Assembly: GCA_965652295.1 (NCBI GenBank)
Contig: CBFGTS010000021.1
Location: 1-60,781 of the forward strand
Origin: an uncultured Haloferula sp.
GTDB taxonomy: Bacteria > Verrucomicrobiota > Verrucomicrobiia > Verrucomicrobiales > Akkermansiaceae
Reading direction: 5' to 3'
Length of the DNA: 60,781 bases
Shown: piece by piece, positions 27,419-36,280 of the stretch
Position numbering within the stretch: the stretch's first letter is position 1
Layout of the letters: every line of letters starts with the position of its first letter
The notes under the pieces: model-generated
What the model saw: the letters and a program-made list of their open reading frames with translations, nothing else
Databases searched by the model: none
What the model was told of the DNA's origin: nothing
Position numbers and translations under genes: made by a program

Positions 27419-28156
27419 ATGAACACCTCCCTTTCCCGCCGCCGTTTCAACCAACTCGCCGCTTTCTCCGCCCTCGCCGGAGGCGCCCTCCCCCGCATGG
27501 CCGGGGCCGCCGAAGTCTCCGAGGCCACCCTGCCGGAGCTGCCCTACTCCTTCGACGCGCTCGCGCCGCACATTGACGCCCGAACGATGGAAATCCACCA
27601 CGGAAAGCACCACGCCGGATACGTCGCGAAGCTCAACGACGCGCTCTCCGCCGACACCTCGCTGTCCTCCCGGACGCTCGACGACCTGATGGCGGCCATT
27701 TCCGGCATCGCCGATGAAAAGCTCCAGACCGCCGTGCGCAACAACGGGGGCGGCCATTGGAACCACTCGTTTTTCTGGAAAACCCTCACCCCCGCGGACA
27801 AGTCCGGAAAGCCGGGCGACAAGCTTGCGTCGGCGATCGATGAAGCCTTCGGCTCGATGGACGGCTTCAAGACGAAGTTCGGCGAGACGGCCGGCTCGCG
27901 CTTCGGTTCCGGCTGGGCATGGCTGATCGTGAAGGACGGCAAGCTGGCGGTGGTCAGCACGCCGAATCAGGACAACCCGCGCATGACCGGCATCGTGCCA
28001 CCCGAGGCGCTTGGCACGCCGATCCTCGGCCTCGATGTCTGGGAACATGCCTACTACCTCGAATACCAGAACCGCCGCGCCGACTACGTCACCGCCTGGT
28101 GGAACGTCGTCAACTGGGACACCGCCAGCCAGCGCTACGAGAAGGCGATGGGCTGA
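27419..28156 (+). CDS. Mn/Fe superoxide dismutase (Mn-type residues) with a Tat signal
   Basis: SRRRF twin-Arg; HHGKHH, NNGGGHWNHSFFW, RFGSGWAWL, NQDNP, DVWEHAYY. Confidence 0.94.
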   Translation: MNTSLSRRRFNQLAAFSALAGGALPRMAGAAEVSEATLPELPYSFDALAPHIDARTMEIHHGKHHAGYVAKLNDALSADTSLSSRTLDDLMAAISGIADEKLQTAVRNNGGGHWNHSFFWKTLTPADKSGKPGDKLASAIDEAFGSMDGFKTKFGETAGSRFGSGWAWLIVKDGKLAVVSTPNQDNPRMTGIVPPEALGTPILGLDVWEHAYYLEYQNRRADYVTAWWNVVNWDTASQRYEKAMG

Positions 28157-28161
28157 ATCCA

Positions 28162-28193
28162 CCTGTCAGTGGCACGACCGTCCCGGTCATGAA
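28162..28193 (+). repeat. REP-like unit (same family as 1033-1147)
   Basis: cctgtcagtggcacgaccgtcccggtcatgaa. Confidence 0.7.
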
Positions 28194-28250
28194 CGGCAAC
28201 CTTCGGCTGCCCGGAAGGCCTCGCAGCTCTGCCCTGCGGCCAATACGATC

Positions 28251-28349
28251 GGAGGCACTGAGGAAAACGGAGGCGCCGGAGTCAAAATCCCACCCATCCT
28301 ACCTTTCTCCGTGATCTCCATTTGCCTCGGTTCCTCAGTGATTTGAAAA
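28251..28349. repeat. Dispersed ~100-bp palindromic element, copy 1
   Basis: ggaggcac..acggagg..catcctacctttctccgtgatctcc..gtgatt(t)gaaaa; matches 58796-58896. Confidence 0.7.
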
Positions 28350-28512
28350 GCCTGGTCCGGAGCTGAACGCCTGCCATCGGCACTCATCCCGGTTATGTGC
28401 TGCGCTCAACACCAACGAATTCCGCATATCCTCCGAAACCCGATAATTCCCGCGTCGCTTCACGCAATCGGAGCATGGACCGCCGATCGGCGACCGACCA
28501 TCTTCGGTGCCC

Positions 28513-30849
28513 ATGGCCACTTGTGAGCACTGCGGCACTGCCTTCACCCCGTCTCAACCGGACGAGACCTACTGCTGCCGCGGTTGCGAGTTTGTGGCGG
28601 AAATGATCCGCGAGAGCGGCTTCGAGCGCTTTTACGATCTCAAACAGGGTCTCGCCACCGCGCCGGTCCGGTCGCGACCGTTCGAGCAGCACGATTTCAG
28701 CTGGCTCCAGCCGATGGTCGCCGAGGCGGAAACGCGGAGCAGCGACGGCACGGCATCGCTCGATTGCGGCCTTGAAGGCATCTCCTGCGTCGGCTGCGTG
28801 TGGCTGATCGACAAGCTCTTCGATGCTCACCCCGGTGCGATCCGCTCGGCCGCGCACCCGGCCTCGGGCAAGCTCCATCTCGAATGGCGCAGCGGCCAGT
28901 GCGACCTCGAGGCCTTTCTCCGCGAGCTGACGCGCTTCGGCTACGTCGCCGGGCCGGTCCGGCGGGATGCACCGGATCATGAACGCCGCCGGCTCGGCGC
29001 ACGGCTCGGGCTGTGCGGGGCCTTCGCGCTCAATGCCATGGCCTTCAGCCTGCCGGGCTACCTCGGGATGCCGGATGACTTCGAGTTCGCCGGGCTTTTC
29101 CGGATCATCGCCTTCGTTTCCGCGACGCTTTCGATGCTCGTCGGCGGCTCGTATTTCATCGACCGCGCATGGCGGGCGCTGCGTTTCCGCACCGTCCACA
29201 TCGACCTGCCGATCGCACTCGGCCTGCTGCTCGCCTACTTCGGCTCGATCGCCGGCTGGGCGCTCGGGCTGGAGGGCCTGATGTATTTCGACTTCGTCGC
29301 CACCTTCGTGTTCCTGATGCTCGGTGGCCGCTATTTGCAGACCTCTGCGGTCGACCGCAACCGGCGCCGCCTGCTGCGCGCCTCGCCCATCCCGCCCTCC
29401 GTGCGCTCCGGTGGGGAAAGCATCGCCCTGGAGACCCTCCAGTCCGGGCAGGCGTTCGAGATCGATCCCGGCCAGGCGCTGCCGGTCGCCGCCACCGTTT
29501 CGGACCACGAGGCCGAGGTCTCGCTCGAGTGGATCAATGGCGAGGCCGAGCCGGTGCTCGCACGACCCGGTTCGCGGCTTCCCGGCGGGGCCATCCTCCT
29601 TTCCCGCCAGCCGCTCACCGTCACGGCCGATGAGCCATGGGCGGACTCGCTGCTCGCCCGGCTGGCGCGCCGGGATGATTCCGAGCGCGGCTCGCCGCTC
29701 CTCCAGAGAATCCTCCGCGTCTACCTCGTGGTCGTGCTTTTCCTCGGCCTGGGTGGGCTCGTCTGGTGGCTCGCCCACGGCCAGCCGGCAATCGGTTTGC
29801 AGGCGATGATTTCCGTGTTCGTCGTCTCCTGCCCCTGCGCGCTCGGCGTCGCCATCCCACTGGCCGACGAACTCGCCGCCTCCCGCGCCCAACGCCAGGG
29901 TGCCTTCGTCCGCGCCACCTCGCTGTGGCCGCGCCTGCGTCAGGTGAAAAAGGTCATCTTCGACAAAACCGGCACCCTCACGCTGGAGCGGCCGGTGTTG
30001 CTCGACGCGGAGCAAATCGCCGCCCTGCCCGATGACGCCGCGCTCGCGCTCGCCCGCCTCACCGCCGGCTCGCTCCACCCCGTGGGCCGCACGCTTCACG
30101 AAGCCCTCGGCAGCCGCGGCCAGCGGCTCCTCGCCGCATACGGATCCGCCGAGGTCACCGACCACCCGGGCCACGGCGTGTCTCTTTCTTCCTCTTCCCT
30201 GAACACTGAAAACTGCCACCTGGCAAACTGGTCCCTCGGCCGTGCCGGCTGGGCGGATTCCGACACCGATGGCTCGACCGCCCTCTCCCGCGACGGTCAA
30301 CGCATCGCTGCCTTCCGTTTCCACGACTCCGTCCGGCCCGATGCCCGGTCCGCGCTCGACGCCCTCCGCCGCCGCGGCTGCCAGCTTCACATCCTGTCCG
30401 GTGACACCCCGGAAAAGGTCGCCCGCCTCGGCACCGACCTCTCCATTCCCGAAACGCACGCCCACGGCGGCCTCGATCCGGAACAAAAGGCAGCCCGGGT
30501 CCGCGAACTGGACCACGCCGACACCCTCTACCTCGGCGATGGCGCGAATGACTCACTCGCCTTCGATGCCGCCCACGTCACCGGCACGCCGGTGGTCGAT
30601 CGCTCCCTGCTTGAAGCCAAGGCCGACTTCTACACCCTCGGCTCCGGCCTCGCCTTCCTGCCCGAGCTTTTCCGCATCGCCGACCTGCGCGCCCGCGGCG
30701 TCCGCCACGCCTTCGCCTTCGCCCTCGCCTATAACTCCGTCGCCGTCGCCATCTGCCTCCACGGCCACATGAATCCGCTGCTCGCCGCGATCCTCATGCC
30801 GCTCAGCTCGATCATCTCCGTGGTGCTGGTGACCGTCGGAAAACGCTGA
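28513..30849 (+). CDS. Heavy-metal P1B-type ATPase, CcoI/FixI-like
   Basis: CEHCG..YCCRGC N-terminus, GISCVGCVWLI, SCPCALG, DKTGTLT, GDGAND, YN and MPLSS. Confidence 0.9.
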   Translation: MATCEHCGTAFTPSQPDETYCCRGCEFVAEMIRESGFERFYDLKQGLATAPVRSRPFEQHDFSWLQPMVAEAETRSSDGTASLDCGLEGISCVGCVWLIDKLFDAHPGAIRSAAHPASGKLHLEWRSGQCDLEAFLRELTRFGYVAGPVRRDAPDHERRRLGARLGLCGAFALNAMAFSLPGYLGMPDDFEFAGLFRIIAFVSATLSMLVGGSYFIDRAWRALRFRTVHIDLPIALGLLLAYFGSIAGWALGLEGLMYFDFVATFVFLMLGGRYLQTSAVDRNRRRLLRASPIPPSVRSGGESIALETLQSGQAFEIDPGQALPVAATVSDHEAEVSLEWINGEAEPVLARPGSRLPGGAILLSRQPLTVTADEPWADSLLARLARRDDSERGSPLLQRILRVYLVVVLFLGLGGLVWWLAHGQPAIGLQAMISVFVVSCPCALGVAIPLADELAASRAQRQGAFVRATSLWPRLRQVKKVIFDKTGTLTLERPVLLDAEQIAALPDDAALALARLTAGSLHPVGRTLHEALGSRGQRLLAAYGSAEVTDHPGHGVSLSSSSLNTENCHLANWSLGRAGWADSDTDGSTALSRDGQRIAAFRFHDSVRPDARSALDALRRRGCQLHILSGDTPEKVARLGTDLSIPETHAHGGLDPEQKAARVRELDHADTLYLGDGANDSLAFDAAHVTGTPVVDRSLLEAKADFYTLGSGLAFLPELFRIADLRARGVRHAFAFALAYNSVAVAICLHGHMNPLLAAILMPLSSIISVVLVTVGKR

Positions 30850-30937
30850 AACAACAAGGTATTTTCGCACGGGTTCCGCGTTCCAGTTCAACGGGACGCT
30901 TGCTCAAACCGGTATTTCGGGGCCAGTCTCAAAGCTG

Positions 30938-31432
30938 ATGAAGCACCTCTTGCTCGCCTTTTTCACGCTCGCGACCTTTGCCTCCGGCTCCGACCTGTTT
31001 TTTTCGCAAATGGAGAACGGCGACCGCGTGGAAATCACCTGGGACTCCGAAGGCTGCTTCCACAATGATCGATTCTACTACGAAATCAGTAAGTCCGACG
31101 GGGTGACGATCTTCCGGAAACTGAACCTGTCCTGGGATAAAACCAAGCCCCGCCCGCCACTGGATCGGCAGGTCGAAGTCGAAGAACCTCTGTCGATTCG
31201 GGACATCAAAGGTCTCGACCTCCTCCTTCACTACTACCGCAAAAAGAAGGATGCCGTCTCGACCACCCAAACCTGGGTGTTGCTTGAGTTCTTCGAAGGC
31301 GATCAGCTCGTCAAACGGGAAAAGATCACGGACAATTCCGGCGGGCCGGAGTTTCAGGAAATCAAAGGTCTCGTCACGCTCTCCGAACTCGCTCGCCGCT
31401 CAAATGCCGATGGAAATCCCACGGCAGATTAG
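30938..31432 (+). CDS. Hypothetical exported protein
   Basis: Signal-peptide-like N-terminus, 164 aa. Confidence 0.7.
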   Translation: MKHLLLAFFTLATFASGSDLFFSQMENGDRVEITWDSEGCFHNDRFYYEISKSDGVTIFRKLNLSWDKTKPRPPLDRQVEVEEPLSIRDIKGLDLLLHYYRKKKDAVSTTQTWVLLEFFEGDQLVKREKITDNSGGPEFQEIKGLVTLSELARRSNADGNPTAD

Positions 31433-32749
31433 CTAAAGCTGCTCGTTGACCACGCCCACCGCCGCCGACAGGAATTTTTCGCGCCAAGGGCGGCGGTTCC
31501 ATGTGTCCAAAGTGATCTCCTCGCACTGCTTCCGGTCCCGCTCGAAGATGTCCTCCAGCTCACGCGCGATCCTTTCATCCGCGTAGCCGATCGTGATCTC
31601 GTCGTTGATCTCGAACGACCGGTCGTCGAAATTGCTCGATCCCAAGCCAGCCCAGATTCCGTCGACGACCAGAACCTTCTGGTGCAGCAGCGTGGGCTGA
31701 TAGGCGAAGATCCGCACCCCGGCCTCCAGCAGCAGCCGGAAAAACCGGTGGCCGGCGCGGGTCGCCAGCGGTGAGTCCGTCGCCTTCAGCGCCGGCACCA
31801 TCAATCGCACGTCGACGCCGCGCCGCGCCGCGCTCGCCAAGGCCTTCACCGCCGAACGGCCGGGAATGAAATACGGGTTCTGCATGCGGATACGACGCTT
31901 GGCATGCCCGATCGCGAGGTGGTGGAGCACCTGCACGGAAGAGGGCGTCTGATCCGGTTTCACGTAGGCCACATGGGCGATCACATCGCCCGTCGGCTCC
32001 AGTTCGGGAAAGCATCCGGGACCGTTCAGCAGCTCCCCTGTGACTTCCGTCCAGTTCTCGAAAAAGCACGACTGCACGTCCGCCACCACCGGCCCGGTGA
32101 TCCGTGCGGTGATGTCGCGGAACCGCGGGAAATCCTCCTGGTCCTTCAGCCAATGGTCGGTGACGCAATGCCCGCCCACGAACGCGATCCGGCCATCCAG
32201 CACGATGATTTTCCGGTGATCGCGGATGTTGAGCCGACCCAGATTCCCCACACGCAGCCGATGGAACCGGCGCACATCGCAGCCCGCTTCCCTCATGCGC
32301 CGCATCGCCGCCTTGCGGGAGCGGAACGTACCGCCCGCATCCAGCAGGACACGCACGGCCAGTCCACGGCAGGCCGCCTCCGCCAGGGCCGCCGCGACCC
32401 GGTCCGCCGCCTCGCCGTGGTGCCAAAGGAACGTTTCCAGATGTACCGTCCGCCGCGCGTCCCGGATACCGGCCTCGATCGCGTCGAAAAAGGCAGCGTC
32501 CTGGATGAGTTCCACCTGGTTCCCCCGGAACACATGCCCGTGCGTCAACCCGGCGAGCGGCTGGAGGGCGTCGCGGATCGAAAGGTCCGAAACCTCGGAG
32601 TAGCCACACTCCTGATGCCGCGTGAGCCGCCAGAAGGCGAAAATCATCACCGCAAGTGCCAACCCGAGGACGATTTCCGGAACGGTGGGCGAACGCAGGG
32701 CCAGGAGGTGGACAGAGACCATCGTTGCAACCTGCCATGGCACCCGCAC
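31433..32749 (-). CDS. Cardiolipin synthase / phospholipase D family
   Basis: Two HKD motifs (HRKIIVLDG, HQKVLVVDG), NPYFIP, GSSNFDDRS; start uncertain. Confidence 0.9.
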   Translation of the reverse strand: MRVPWQVATMVSVHLLALRSPTVPEIVLGLALAVMIFAFWRLTRHQECGYSEVSDLSIRDALQPLAGLTHGHVFRGNQVELIQDAAFFDAIEAGIRDARRTVHLETFLWHHGEAADRVAAALAEAACRGLAVRVLLDAGGTFRSRKAAMRRMREAGCDVRRFHRLRVGNLGRLNIRDHRKIIVLDGRIAFVGGHCVTDHWLKDQEDFPRFRDITARITGPVVADVQSCFFENWTEVTGELLNGPGCFPELEPTGDVIAHVAYVKPDQTPSSVQVLHHLAIGHAKRRIRMQNPYFIPGRSAVKALASAARRGVDVRLMVPALKATDSPLATRAGHRFFRLLLEAGVRIFAYQPTLLHQKVLVVDGIWAGLGSSNFDDRSFEINDEITIGYADERIARELEDIFERDRKQCEEITLDTWNRRPWREKFLSAAVGVVNEQL

Positions 32750-32856
32750 CGGTCAATGGACAGCCTCCCGCCGAGACCGAGGCTCCTTGAAATTGGCTGT
32801 GTTACAAGGGTTGAAGTGCGCAGATATTTGCGATACCTAGGCACCGCATCGCCATC

Positions 32857-33768
32857 ATGAACGCCGCCAAGGGATTCGAATCCACCCTCCACGAGCGACT
32901 GAAGCTGTCCGACCTGTTCAAGGTCTATCAAGACGCCTTCCGCACCGCCACGGGGCTTCCACTGCGCCTGCTCGGCGCCGATCCCGACCACTGGTGCCTG
33001 GATGAGAATGCGGTGAACCGCAGCCCTTTCTGCGAGCACATCAACCTCTGCAAGGCGGCCTGCGCAGCCTGCGTCGATACCAACCGCAAGCTGATGCAGG
33101 AGGTGGAAGTCGGCGGCCCCACCACCTGCCATTGTTTCGCCGGCCTCACCTCCACCGCCGTGCCGGTGAAAATGGGAGCCACCATCATCGGCTTTCTCCG
33201 CACCGGTCAGGTTTTCACCCGCACCCCGAACGAGGAGGACTTCGAGACGTTTCTCGGCAAATTCGGCCGCAAGCAACTGGCCACGGAGTCGGAGAACACC
33301 CTGCGCGACGCCTATTTTCAAACCCGCACGATCAATCCCGAGCGTTACGCCAGCATGGTGAAGCTGCTGGAAAGCTTCGCCCACCAGCTCGGCCAGCATG
33401 CCGAGTCGCTCGCGATCATCGAGGAAGGCAGCGAGCCTGCCGCCATTGCCAAGGCCCGCAAACACATCCACCAGCACCTCGACGAGCCACTGCCGCTCGG
33501 TGCCGTCGCCCGCATCGCCGGCCTCAGCGAGTCCCATTTCTGCCGCCTCTTCAAAGACGCCACCGGCCTCACGCTCACCGACTACGTGAACCGCTGCCGC
33601 GTCGAGTGGGCGAAAAAGGAACTTCTCAAACCCGAAAAGCGTATCTCCGAGATCGCCTTCCAAGTGGGTTACCAGTCGCTTTCACAATTCAATCGCAGCT
33701 TCGTGCGCATCGTCGGCTCGTCGCCCACCCGTTGGCGGCAGGACCAGCTTCAGAAAGCCGCGTCTTGA
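32857..33768 (+). CDS. AraC-family regulator with a PocR sensor domain
   Basis: FRTATGL, SPFC, CHCFAGLTSTAVPV, GQVF; AraC HTH SESHFCRLFK, IAFQVGYQSLSQFNRSF. Confidence 0.92.
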   Translation: MNAAKGFESTLHERLKLSDLFKVYQDAFRTATGLPLRLLGADPDHWCLDENAVNRSPFCEHINLCKAACAACVDTNRKLMQEVEVGGPTTCHCFAGLTSTAVPVKMGATIIGFLRTGQVFTRTPNEEDFETFLGKFGRKQLATESENTLRDAYFQTRTINPERYASMVKLLESFAHQLGQHAESLAIIEEGSEPAAIAKARKHIHQHLDEPLPLGAVARIAGLSESHFCRLFKDATGLTLTDYVNRCRVEWAKKELLKPEKRISEIAFQVGYQSLSQFNRSFVRIVGSSPTRWRQDQLQKAAS

Positions 33769-33843
33769 TCTCCGGACCCGAAGACGAGTTTCGTCGTTGC
33801 GGCGGCGGAACATCGGCGTCAGTAGTGTTTCCAGGCCCACGAC

Positions 33844-36177
33844 ATGCAGGAACGCTACGAAATCCGAGGAAAGATCGGCCAAGGCGGCCTCGGCTCCGTT
33901 TACCGGGCCTTTGACCGCAATCTCAACCGCGAGGTTGCCATCAAGCGCATCCTCAGCGCCGACGACACCCATCAGACCGAAGAGGCCGCGCGTCAGATGA
34001 CGCAGGAAACGGGTGCCCTCGCCGCCCTCCAGCATCCCAACATCGTCACGATCTACGATGTCGGCACCGACGAAGACGGACCTTTCGTCGTCATGGAGCT
34101 CCTCAAGGGCGATACCCTCGATGCCATCATCGAGAAAGCCCCCCTCACCACCTCCGACTTCCTCGAATTCGCCCGCCAGGTCCAGGAGGGACTCATCGCC
34201 GCGCAGGACCTCGGCATCGTCCACCGCGACCTCAAGCCATCCAACGTGATGGTCAACTGGCTGCCCTCCGGGAAATTCCAGGTGAAGCTCGTGGACTTCG
34301 GCCTCGCCAAGTTTTCCCCCAAGCCGAGCCACCAGACGGTCGATCACTCGGACTCGGTCTACGGCTCGATTTTCTTCATGGCACCGGAGCAGTTCGAGCG
34401 CGCCATGCTCGACGCCCGCACCGACATGTATGCCATCGGCTGCGTCTACTATTTCGCCCTGGCGGGAAAATCCCCGTTCGAGGGCGAAACCGGCCCCCAA
34501 GTGATGGCCGCCCACCTCGAGCACCGCGTGGTGCCGCTGGCCGGCATCCGCCCGGATCTCCCCGCGTGGATCGTCGATTGGGTCATGTGGCACATCAACC
34601 GCCAGCCGGACGACCGCCCGGAGAACGCCCGCGAGGCGCTCGCCAGTTTTCTCGAGCTGGAAGGATCCAGCCTCCAACAGATGCCCGCGCCCCCGACCGA
34701 ACCCGTCCCGATCACCCCCAAACGCCCCCGTCTCATCATTCCCGGTGCCGTCCAGGAGCCGGAACCGCCGCAGCTCACCGAGCCGGTCGCACCGCCTCCG
34801 CCGCCGGCGACCCAGACGATGCCGCAGCCGCTGCTGCCGCCGTCCGACTTGCCTCCCAGCCTCCACACCACCAGCCAACAGTCCGCCGCGGCGACCAAGA
34901 TCGAGGCCGCTCCCGATGCGCCGCCGCCCGCTCCGGTTGCCCACCCGGGGAAATCCATGCCGGGCGTTCCCGCCAGCGAGCCCGCTCCCGGACCCGCCTC
35001 ACTCCCAGCGCCCGCGCAACCCGCCGCCGCTCCGGCCCCCCTCGCCGCCCATCCCGTGCGGAAAAAGAAGAAGGGTATGAGCTCCGCGGGCAAAATGGTC
35101 CTCACCATCACCCTCGTCATCCTCGTCGGCGTCATCGGCCTGGTCGTCATCCAGCGGATGAAGGCCAATGCGGTCAATGAGCGCTACAACGCCCTCATCA
35201 CCCAAGCCGGCGACCTGGAAGTGGATCGTCTCCCGGTGACCAAGGACGACCTCGAGCTGCTGCTCGGCTCCACCCGGCTCGGCACCAATCAGACCCGCGA
35301 GACCGTCTACCGCGCCCTCGCCATTGCCAAAGCCACCGACGGCACCGATGCCGACGCGCGGATCGCCGAGTTCGCCACCACCGAACCGCTCTCCACGGAC
35401 ATCCGCGTCGACCTGCTCGGCCGCGTCCTCGTCGCCCGCAAAAGCGAGTCCACCATCCCTTATCTCATGGACTACATCCGCTCGGGCCCGGACGAAGCCA
35501 CCGCCGCCGCCGCCCTCAAGGCCGTGGCGGGCGTCGGCGGATCCACCCAGCTCGATGACATCCTCGGCGTCCTCGTTTCCACCCGCTCCGATTCCCTCCG
35601 CCGCGCTGCGGAAAACTCCGCCTCGCAGGTGATCGACCGCTCGCAGGACAAGCTCGGCCAAGCCGTGATCATCGATGAATTCCTCAAGAAAACCACCGCG
35701 GACGACCCCCGCCGCGCGCTCATCCGCCTGCTCGGCCACACCGGCGGCCATCGTGCCGAGGGCATCGTCAAAGACATCCTCGCCAGCGACAACCGCTTCG
35801 ATCAGCTCGCGGCGATCGAGGCGATGGCCGATTGGCCGAATGAAGCACTGTTCGATACCTTGGTGGAGTTTTTCACCCAACACACCGACGAGCTCCGGAG
35901 CAAAGCTTTCGACGCCGCCTACCGCTTCGTCCGCGCCGACCGCGACCGCCCCGAGGAGCTCCGCGAGACGCTCTGGAACAAGCTCGCCAACCAAGCGGTG
36001 ACGGCCGGAGAGAAAACCTCCGTGGTCCGCGGCCTCGCCCAAAGCGAGTCCACCCCGTGGGCCCTCGCGATGGTCGAACACTTCGCCACCACCGCCGAGG
36101 AAGACGAGGTGATCGATCTCGCGGAAAAGGCCGCCGCCCACATCCGCGAGAAAATCAAAGTCAGGGAGTCGCGCTAA
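33844..36177 (+). CDS. Membrane Ser/Thr protein kinase with a Pro-rich linker and HEAT-like C-terminus
   Basis: GQGGLG, VAIK, HRDLKPSN, DFG, APE; RKKKK + TM; helical repeats. Confidence 0.9.
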   Translation: MQERYEIRGKIGQGGLGSVYRAFDRNLNREVAIKRILSADDTHQTEEAARQMTQETGALAALQHPNIVTIYDVGTDEDGPFVVMELLKGDTLDAIIEKAPLTTSDFLEFARQVQEGLIAAQDLGIVHRDLKPSNVMVNWLPSGKFQVKLVDFGLAKFSPKPSHQTVDHSDSVYGSIFFMAPEQFERAMLDARTDMYAIGCVYYFALAGKSPFEGETGPQVMAAHLEHRVVPLAGIRPDLPAWIVDWVMWHINRQPDDRPENAREALASFLELEGSSLQQMPAPPTEPVPITPKRPRLIIPGAVQEPEPPQLTEPVAPPPPPATQTMPQPLLPPSDLPPSLHTTSQQSAAATKIEAAPDAPPPAPVAHPGKSMPGVPASEPAPGPASLPAPAQPAAAPAPLAAHPVRKKKKGMSSAGKMVLTITLVILVGVIGLVVIQRMKANAVNERYNALITQAGDLEVDRLPVTKDDLELLLGSTRLGTNQTRETVYRALAIAKATDGTDADARIAEFATTEPLSTDIRVDLLGRVLVARKSESTIPYLMDYIRSGPDEATAAAALKAVAGVGGSTQLDDILGVLVSTRSDSLRRAAENSASQVIDRSQDKLGQAVIIDEFLKKTTADDPRRALIRLLGHTGGHRAEGIVKDILASDNRFDQLAAIEAMADWPNEALFDTLVEFFTQHTDELRSKAFDAAYRFVRADRDRPEELRETLWNKLANQAVTAGEKTSVVRGLAQSESTPWALAMVEHFATTAEEDEVIDLAEKAAAHIREKIKVRESR

Positions 36178-36280
36178 GCTCCACAGGGACGCGTTTCCGC
36201 CCCAGCTTGACCGGAGGGAGCAAATCTCCGGCGTTCCGCGTTGGACGAGCCCTGCCCGATGCTTTAAAGCGCGTCCCGCC

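Noticed and set aside
28393..30516. 707-aa minus ORF and similar long antisense ORFs (e.g. 9598-11010, 16529-18109, 34999-36567, 46654-48588)
   Set aside because: Each mirrors a recognised gene on the other strand, as expected at high GC.
30938..31432. Integron-cassette origin of this orphan exported protein
   Set aside because: No attC-like palindrome found on either side.
34680..35060. Repeat element in the kinase gene
   Set aside because: Pro/Ala-rich linker without a nucleotide-level repeat unit.
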